Source of the DNA: Candidatus Limivicinus sp.
GTDB taxonomy: Bacteria > Bacillota > Clostridia > Oscillospirales > Oscillospiraceae
DNA: 64,000 nucleotides
Reading direction: 5' to 3'
Assembly: GCA_045616745.1 (NCBI GenBank)
Contig: JAZLHH010000056.1
Location: 11,831-75,830, forward strand
Both the position numbers and the translations under genes were made by a program. Positions 58,081-64,000 of the stretch are shown here, one piece after another. Within the stretch, counting starts at the first letter, position 1, and each line of letters begins with the position of its first letter. The notes under the pieces are model-generated. The model saw only the letters and a program-made list of their open reading frames with translations, had not been told where the DNA came from and ran no database searches.

Positions 58081-58105
58081 TATTTATTTTTATCCTGAAT
58101 CATTT

Positions 58106-61018
58106 TTATCTGTCGCCGAGCAGATAATGAGCAGATTCCATAAAAAGCTTATGGAATCTTTCCACAGAGGACCGGTCATAGTGGCTGGCTGAATAATGGT
58201 ACGCTGCTTTTAGTCGGTCGGAATTGGAATCTTCCAGGATATTCAGTACAAACATGACATCGGCATATTTGATTTTACCGAAAAGTACGCGACCTTCATC
58301 AATAAGACCGTTCAGACTGTCAAAAGAGGCTGTATTAAGCTGATATAAAATGCAGGGGGCTGTTTCGAATGCTTTGTTGTGCTTGAAAGTAAAGGGATAA
58401 CTATTGTTTGCAATGCTGAAGTCAACCTGTGACTGTACATCGGCGAGCAGTTCTTCCGGTGTGGAGTCATTGCGAATCTCCATGATGATCGGCAGATTGC
58501 AGTAAAGAAGACCGGTCATGTTGAATTTGTCCGAAGAGTCACGGTTGTTGTATGTCCACTTCAGAACAGCAAGTTTTTCTCCGTTGTACTTTGCTGTAGC
58601 CAATGCCGCAGCTGTCAGGAAGAAGGGATTACCAATGCTGGGACTTTTTCTAATGTCAATGTCATAGCCTATATCTCCGGCGATATATTCTACGCCCTGT
58701 CGATCAGTCCGGATCTGCCTGCGCTGATTATCCAGACAGGAATACTTTGAGTACAGTGCATCATATTTCTGCTTCTCGTCCAAGTCGAGATGCTTTTCGT
58801 GTCTTTCCGTAAAGCTTTGAACATAAAGGTAGTAATGATCCGGCGGCAGAACAAAGTTTTCGTCATCGTAGCATCTGCGTATATCCTTCATAAGGGTTGT
58901 AACGGAGGTACCGTCGCAGATCAGATGATGAATGTCCATAAAAAGATACGAACAGCTTTGCGTTTTATAAATGACTGCCCTGTAAAGCGGAGCATTACAA
59001 AGCTCGAAAGGCTGAATGGCATTTTCGATAATCACATTAAAATCCGCATCGGAAACTTCTGTGACCGGAATATCGTAATAGCACGCCGGGTCATAATACT
59101 GCTTAAACAGTCCTTCAACAGTAAACCGTATTTTAGTCCCGAAGGAGGGGTGACCGGATAGGGCGCGCATAACCGCCTGTTTAAAGCGTTCAACATCGGT
59201 TTCCGGCTTGAGCTTTATGAGAATCGGGATATTCCACATATCCGACTTCGCTCTGAAAAACTGCTGATCAATAATATTGATCTGTTCAGGCAGTAAATCC
59301 TGTTCCCGTTGCATGGCACGACTATTTGCCTCATCCAGATCCTCTTCAGGTGCTTCGGAAAGCAGCCCGAAAAATTCCGCAATCTTTGCTGGTGTCCTCA
59401 GCCGATAGATATCTGCGGATTTGAGACGGAGTCCGGCACATTCGTTTATTAAATCAATCGTACGGAGTGAGTCACCGCCAAGCAAAAAGAAATCGTCATT
59501 TATGCCGATTTGAGTTAAACCGAGGACTTTTTCCATCTTTTCACACAGGAGTCGTTCCACAGCGCTGCCCGGTGCCACATAGTCGGTCCTCATGGCATTT
59601 AGGTTAGGCTCAGGAAGCTCCTTCTTGCTCAACTTTCCGTTGGCATTCAGAGGCAGTTCGTCAAGCCCTATGAAATATGTCGGTATCATGTAAGAAGGAA
59701 GACTTTTTGAAAGCTCTGCCCGCAAACAGTCCATATCCATAGAGTCAAAAATGTTTCGGGCTTCTGAATTCAGATAGTATAATGCAATATAAGCACGCTC
59801 ACTGTCAGAAAAAGCTTTGGCAACAGCAGTTTCAATGCCGAGAATATTTTTCACAGCGGCTTCGATTTCGGCCGGTTCGATGCGATTTCCGTTAATTTTT
59901 ATCATGTCATCTTTCCTTCCGGAAACCACCAGGTTGCCGGAGGGATCAATAAATCCCATATCGCCGGAGTGAAAAACACCTCCGTCAGTGGCTCTGGCGG
60001 TCTGTTCAGGCATGTTCAGATAACCGCGGAAGTATTCGTTTTTAAAGCATATCTCGCCAATCATGCCGTCCTGAAGCAGTTTCCCGTCTTCGTCCAGAAT
60101 AAGAATATCCGCACTGTCCAGACTCTTCTTCCCGGCAGGCGTCACATCATAGAATCTGTCAATTTCAAAAGTGGCAACAGTAAACATGGATTCGCTCATT
60201 GCGTATTTATTTATGAGCCGGACATTGTCAAGATACAGCCTGTTGGATGCCTCTCCGGTGACGAGAATGGTTTTCAGATACGGCGAAATATGCTTGTATG
60301 TTTTCAAAAGTGACGCCGACATAGCGGTATCCGTTATACGGTTTTCCAGGAAAAATTGCTCAAAGGCTTCGGTATTCCTGATAGTATCCAGCGGAGAAAT
60401 GAACAGGCAGTGTTTTCTGTACAATCTCGGCACAATTTCGGTCACTGAAGCGGCAAAATCCAAAGGAGTAACAAGTGCAAATCGGGTCTGATCGTTGTCA
60501 GGACATTCGGACATCGTGGCATCCGAAGCCAGAATCATCTGCTCAAGTTTTCCGTATTCGTGGACTATTCCCTTAGGTTTTCCTGTAGAGCCGGACGTAT
60601 AAATAGCATAGCAAGCATCATGAGAGTCTGTTTTTTCGTAATCGGGCAATGGACGACATTCCTGAATCTGTTGGAATAATTCATCATCAATCACTTCAGT
60701 ACAGTCACAGTCCTCGCGTATGAAGGCAATGCGTTCCGGAGCCCGTGTGTTTTCTACAATCGTAAAAGCGGCACCTGCCTTCCACACACCAAGCATCGCC
60801 ACAATAGCCGCTGTATCATGGGAAAGACAGAGCATTACAAAATTCTCTTTCCCGATTCCTTTTCCCTTCAGATAGGAATATACCTTGGCAGAACAGTAGT
60901 CAACATCTGCATAAGAGAGAATATGCCCACTGCAGGAAACCAGAGCCGCACTGTCAGGGCAGGTTTTTGTATTTTCAATAAATTTTTCAATAAAAGTTTG
61001 CATAGATTTTATCTCCAA
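58106..61018 (-). CDS. Single-module nonribosomal peptide synthetase, A-T-C architecture (970 aa)
   Basis: A domain: A3 YTSGSTGKPKG, A7 HSGDMG, A8 GRKDDMIKINGNRIEPAEIE, A10 NANGKLSKKEL. Carrier domain: FFLLGGDSLRTIDL. C domain: MDIHHLICDGTS (HHxxxDG). No TE or R domain is present. Confidence 0.9.
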   Translation of the reverse strand: MEIKSMQTFIEKFIENTKTCPDSAALVSCSGHILSYADVDYCSAKVYSYLKGKGIGKENFVMLCLSHDTAAIVAMLGVWKAGAAFTIVENTRAPERIAFIREDCDCTEVIDDELFQQIQECRPLPDYEKTDSHDACYAIYTSGSTGKPKGIVHEYGKLEQMILASDATMSECPDNDQTRFALVTPLDFAASVTEIVPRLYRKHCLFISPLDTIRNTEAFEQFFLENRITDTAMSASLLKTYKHISPYLKTILVTGEASNRLYLDNVRLINKYAMSESMFTVATFEIDRFYDVTPAGKKSLDSADILILDEDGKLLQDGMIGEICFKNEYFRGYLNMPEQTARATDGGVFHSGDMGFIDPSGNLVVSGRKDDMIKINGNRIEPAEIEAAVKNILGIETAVAKAFSDSERAYIALYYLNSEARNIFDSMDMDCLRAELSKSLPSYMIPTYFIGLDELPLNANGKLSKKELPEPNLNAMRTDYVAPGSAVERLLCEKMEKVLGLTQIGINDDFFLLGGDSLRTIDLINECAGLRLKSADIYRLRTPAKIAEFFGLLSEAPEEDLDEANSRAMQREQDLLPEQINIIDQQFFRAKSDMWNIPILIKLKPETDVERFKQAVMRALSGHPSFGTKIRFTVEGLFKQYYDPACYYDIPVTEVSDADFNVIIENAIQPFELCNAPLYRAVIYKTQSCSYLFMDIHHLICDGTSVTTLMKDIRRCYDDENFVLPPDHYYLYVQSFTERHEKHLDLDEKQKYDALYSKYSCLDNQRRQIRTDRQGVEYIAGDIGYDIDIRKSPSIGNPFFLTAAALATAKYNGEKLAVLKWTYNNRDSSDKFNMTGLLYCNLPIIMEIRNDSTPEELLADVQSQVDFSIANNSYPFTFKHNKAFETAPCILYQLNTASFDSLNGLIDEGRVLFGKIKYADVMFVLNILEDSNSDRLKAAYHYSASHYDRSSVERFHKLFMESAHYLLGDR

Positions 61019-61932
61019 GTCTTGAATATTTCTTTTGCACTGTCGAGTTTCTGCCTGAGCACGGCGATGTTTTTTCGTATGTTTCTTTCTCCGAGGTGCC
61101 CGGTGTTTTCATCTCCCGGATGATACAGATCCGCAGCCATCCGCAACGCTCTTACCAAAGAATAGGTATAGGCTGCCTCTGCACGGCATACGGCTTCGTC
61201 CTTCGGCAAACCGCTGAAGTAGTTCTGCGTGAAAAGATTCCACATAGTTTCGCATTCGCTGCGGTCAAGTCCCGAAAAAAGAAGCAACTTCGCATCGCTT
61301 TCAACTTCCGGATTCAAACGGTACGCCGCTGCCACGGAAGAAATGTCCCAAATAGGATGACCACAGCTCAGGTCGTCCAGATCAATCATGCACAGCCGGC
61401 TGTCACGGCAGCGGATTATATTGCGGAGATGAAAGTCGCCGTGAACGACAGTGTCGAGCCGCGGAATGGAATCGACGGCACTTTCATACACATTAATCTC
61501 CTCTTCGGAAAGAATCCCAAAAAGCCGATCGAGAGCACCCTTGTAAGATTCATTCGTATAAAAAGTAGAATTCGGTGAAAGCCGGGTATTGGCGAGCTGC
61601 TTGGAAAGAGAGGAAAGGGCATGTGCGCACTCTTCAAAACGGTCCGTGTGACCGTGCATATAATCGGAAAGAGTTTCCCCGTCCAAATAATCGGAAATCA
61701 GGCCGAGTTTTCCCGATGCGTTTACGGCTTCGTATATTCTCACAACAGGCAGACCGGCTTCTTTCGCCTCATGAGATATACGTACAATCCGCAGCAGTTC
61801 CTCTGCTGATACCCTACCTTCAAAAACTTTTAAGATACGGTACTCCGGCAGTGCATAAACAACAGACCTGCCGCCGCGGAAACGCTCTTTCAGGTTATCT
61901 GTTGTAATACATCGCAGTTCATTCATCAGCAT
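61009..61932 (-). CDS. Aminoglycoside-phosphotransferase-fold (APH/ChoK-like) kinase
   Basis: Catalytic loop VVHGDFHLRNII and metal-binding IDLDDLSCGHPIWDIS. It overlaps the NRPS start by 10 nt. Confidence 0.75.
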   Translation of the reverse strand: MLMNELRCITTDNLKERFRGGRSVVYALPEYRILKVFEGRVSAEELLRIVRISHEAKEAGLPVVRIYEAVNASGKLGLISDYLDGETLSDYMHGHTDRFEECAHALSSLSKQLANTRLSPNSTFYTNESYKGALDRLFGILSEEEINVYESAVDSIPRLDTVVHGDFHLRNIIRCRDSRLCMIDLDDLSCGHPIWDISSVAAAYRLNPEVESDAKLLLFSGLDRSECETMWNLFTQNYFSGLPKDEAVCRAEAAYTYSLVRALRMAADLYHPGDENTGHLGERNIRKNIAVLRQKLDSAKEIFKTWR

Positions 61933-63346
61933 CCTCCATCGAACCGGACACGGTTAACGTCATTTTCTCGCATTCCTTTTTGTAAAGCATAAAGGCCGGG
62001 AACACAGATAGAATTTCCGCTATGAGAAAAGAATACCATACGGCCAAATCGTTTCCTCCGGAAAGTCCGATTCTGGCAAGAACGAAGGCAACCGGGAGCA
62101 GAATAAAGACCTGCCGTAAAAGGGCGGGAATTGCCGAAAAAACGCCGTTTCCCATTCCTTGAAAAAAAGAGCAAAAAGTCATGATAATACCAGAAAAAAC
62201 AAGACTCAGCGATATAATCCGCAAAGCCGGAATCCCTGCCGCATACATCAGCGCCGCTTCTTCATCCGCTGCTCCTCCCATAAATACAGCCAGAAGAGGC
62301 TTTGGCACAATCTGGAAAAGCATCGTCATAAAAAGACCGATAACAATGGAAAATTTCATACTCTTCTTAAAGCATTCTTTAATGCGGTCCGTGTTGTTTT
62401 TTCCCAGATTGTAGGCAATAATCGGTATGAGTCCGTTCCCTATGCCCATAATCGGAAGAGAAATCAGCGCATTGAGTTTTATATAAATGCCAAAGACATT
62501 CTGAGCAATTTCTTTTCCTGACGTATAGCGATACAGAATTATGTTGAGAGTGAATGTCATAAAAGAAGCGGCAAGATTGGTAATAACGGAGGGAACCGCA
62601 ATCTTTCCGATACCGGCAAGAACAGCAGCTTCCGGCTTTAAAGCTTTTACAGACAGGATTATTTCCGGATTGAATCTGGCATTCAGAAAGAAGGATAACA
62701 GCATAGCAAAGAACTGTGAAAGCACTGTTGCCAACGCTGCTCCGGAAACTCCCAGTTTGAAGACGAATATGAAGAGCGGGTCCATGCATACATTCAGTGC
62801 AGTTCCGGCAATCTGAGAAATCATAGTCAAGGAAGTCCGGCCGGCAGCAATCAGAAATCTTTCAAAAGTAACCTCTAAAAAACCGCTAAAGGAGAAAATG
62901 CAGATTATTCTGAGATACTTTATCGCATATTCCGTTGTTGAGGGGTTTCGTGTCTGAGCGGCGATGAGCGGCTTCAGTCCGAACCAACCGAAAAGGAAAA
63001 AGAAAAGCGAACAGACAAGAGCGAGAAAAATTCCGTTCCCGGAGATTTTCCGGACAAGAACAGTATCCTCTCTGCCGAGAGAATTGGACAGCGGCGCATT
63101 TATGCCCACTGCGCATCCTATGGCGACAGCGCTTATGAAGCGCTGTATCGGCATGGCGAGTGAGACGGCATTCAGGGCATCAAGACTGATGCGGCTTACG
63201 AAAACACTGTCAATGATGTTGTACAGCGCATGAACCGCCATCGCCACGATAATCGGCAGAGCCATTTGCAAAACGAGTTTTCCGACAGGCATAGTTGCCA
63301 TTTTATTAGTGCTGTCGTTGACTTGTGTATGGCATTTCTTTTTCAT
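61919..63346 (-). CDS. MATE-family efflux transporter
   Basis: About 12 TM helices and an N-terminal GKLVLQMALPIIVAMAVHALYNIIDSVFVSRIS typical of MatE repeats. It overlaps the kinase start by 14 nt. Confidence 0.9.
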   Translation of the reverse strand: MKKKCHTQVNDSTNKMATMPVGKLVLQMALPIIVAMAVHALYNIIDSVFVSRISLDALNAVSLAMPIQRFISAVAIGCAVGINAPLSNSLGREDTVLVRKISGNGIFLALVCSLFFFLFGWFGLKPLIAAQTRNPSTTEYAIKYLRIICIFSFSGFLEVTFERFLIAAGRTSLTMISQIAGTALNVCMDPLFIFVFKLGVSGAALATVLSQFFAMLLSFFLNARFNPEIILSVKALKPEAAVLAGIGKIAVPSVITNLAASFMTFTLNIILYRYTSGKEIAQNVFGIYIKLNALISLPIMGIGNGLIPIIAYNLGKNNTDRIKECFKKSMKFSIVIGLFMTMLFQIVPKPLLAVFMGGAADEEAALMYAAGIPALRIISLSLVFSGIIMTFCSFFQGMGNGVFSAIPALLRQVFILLPVAFVLARIGLSGGNDLAVWYSFLIAEILSVFPAFMLYKKECEKMTLTVSGSMEDADE

Positions 63347-63613
63347 AGCAGATTCCTGTTGTCAGATGAATTATTAACTGTTGTTATTGTCAAAATTTTA
63401 TTGTGTTTTTATATCTTTGTTTCAATACTATTATATTATAAAAAATGTCGTTGGTATATATGTTTTCAAAAAGTTACGGTTTTTGTTGTAACCCTTGCGG
63501 AATGAATCTGCGGCTTCAATCACGTAGTTTTCTGCATGAAAAAAGGAAGCTCGAATGCCACAGCCACATAAGGAAGTAATTTCAAAATAACGTGGCACGG
63601 CAAAAGCAAAGTG

Positions 63614-63665
63614 AAACAGACATCGTGAATTGCAGAAATGCTTTTCACGATGTCTGTTTTTATTT
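63614..63665 (+). terminator. Strong rho-independent terminator with no annotated upstream gene
   Basis: 16-bp perfect stem AAACAGACATCGTGAA/TTCACGATGTCTGTTT with a 14-nt loop, followed by TTATTTG. Confidence 0.65.
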
Positions 63666-63746
63666 GTCTGGTAATCCGCACATTCGATTTATCCGATTGT
63701 TTCCCCTACAATAAAGGGGAAATCAAAAACAGGAGCTCGAGACACT

Positions 63747-63932
63747 ATGAAAACAACACGGAAATATTTCTATCTGGACGATTTTGAGCACAGATTGCTG
63801 GTTGGATGCCTTATGACTGCTCGGAACGAGTATATTCACGAGGACAAGCCGATAGAAGACGTCAATGAGCTGATACTAAAAATCATTGATGCACCTTCAA
63901 AGAAACTGCGTGTTATAAAGGAGGAAGCATAA
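63747..63932 (+). CDS. Small hypothetical protein (61 aa), mobile-element-like context
   Basis: AGGAG lies upstream, and the stop shares 1 nt with the next ATG, which has a strong AAGGAGGA SD. No motif is recognised. Confidence 0.5.
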   Translation: MKTTRKYFYLDDFEHRLLVGCLMTARNEYIHEDKPIEDVNELILKIIDAPSKKLRVIKEEA

Positions 63933-64000
63933 TGGAACAGTACATAACAGATGAACGCACTGGATTGAAATATGAGCTTGTCGGAGATTATTACCTCATT
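63932..64000 (+). CDS. Partial CDS (first 23 codons), possibly TnpV-like transposon-associated protein
   Basis: MEQYITDERTGLKYELVGDYYLI. The xxYxxxGDYxL pattern resembles the N-termini I recall for TnpV-type proteins of clostridial conjugative/mobilisable elements. It is truncated by the window edge. Confidence 0.35.
   Translation, partial: MEQYITDERTGLKYELVGDYYLI

Noticed and set aside
63230-63505. 91-aa ORF spanning the MATE gene start and its upstream region
   Set aside because: It runs antisense across the MATE start codon and the AT-rich promoter DNA, and its composition is not protein-like.

Overview
Mostly housekeeping chromosomal window from a Bacillota (Clostridia-like) genome. I call about 58 protein genes and 4 tRNAs (Gly-GCC, Leu-UAG, Arg-CCU, Ala-GGC). 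I found no rRNA, CRISPR array, IS/transposase or phage block. Gene order: (1) 0-22.8 kb, + strand: ftsK 3' part, mrnC, rqcH, uvrB-polA-rimI-tsaD-radC, two tRNAs, a plsC-like acyltransferase, queA-tgt-yajC, xerD, ruvCAB, a SigH-like sigma factor, trmK-nif3-radA. (2) 22.8-35 kb: a second tyrosine recombinase, a degenerate P-type ATPase-like protein, divergent fba/pfk, a large Fe-S flavoprotein coupled to hypA, and a lipoprotein plus fused MacB-type ABC transporter. (3) 35-47.6 kb: one long minus-strand gene train (prfC ... alaS ... comEC-holA-rnmV-mntR-like). (4) 47.7-57.8 kb: zupT-TPR-DUF4037, an ApbE/FMN-binding extracytoplasmic flavoprotein neighbourhood, an LtaS-like sulfatase and a Kv-like K+ channel. 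(5) 58.1-63.3 kb, after tRNA-Ala: the only clearly accessory block, an overlapping MATE / APH-fold kinase / A-T-C NRPS cassette, followed by small mobile-element-like ORFs at the window edge. Best candidates for something undescribed: the orphan NRPS cassette; a secreted 350-aa protein next to apbE carrying a flavinylation-type motif outside any recognisable FMN_bind domain; a fossil P1B-ATPase that keeps its scaffold but has lost its catalytic motifs; and an orphan HypA translationally coupled to an 885-aa Fe-S flavoprotein. I did not see a recognisable defence system. All calls come from reading the ORF translations and DNA by eye. No HMM, BLAST, tRNAscan or folding program was run, so family names are recollections to be verified, and start codons are approximate where noted.
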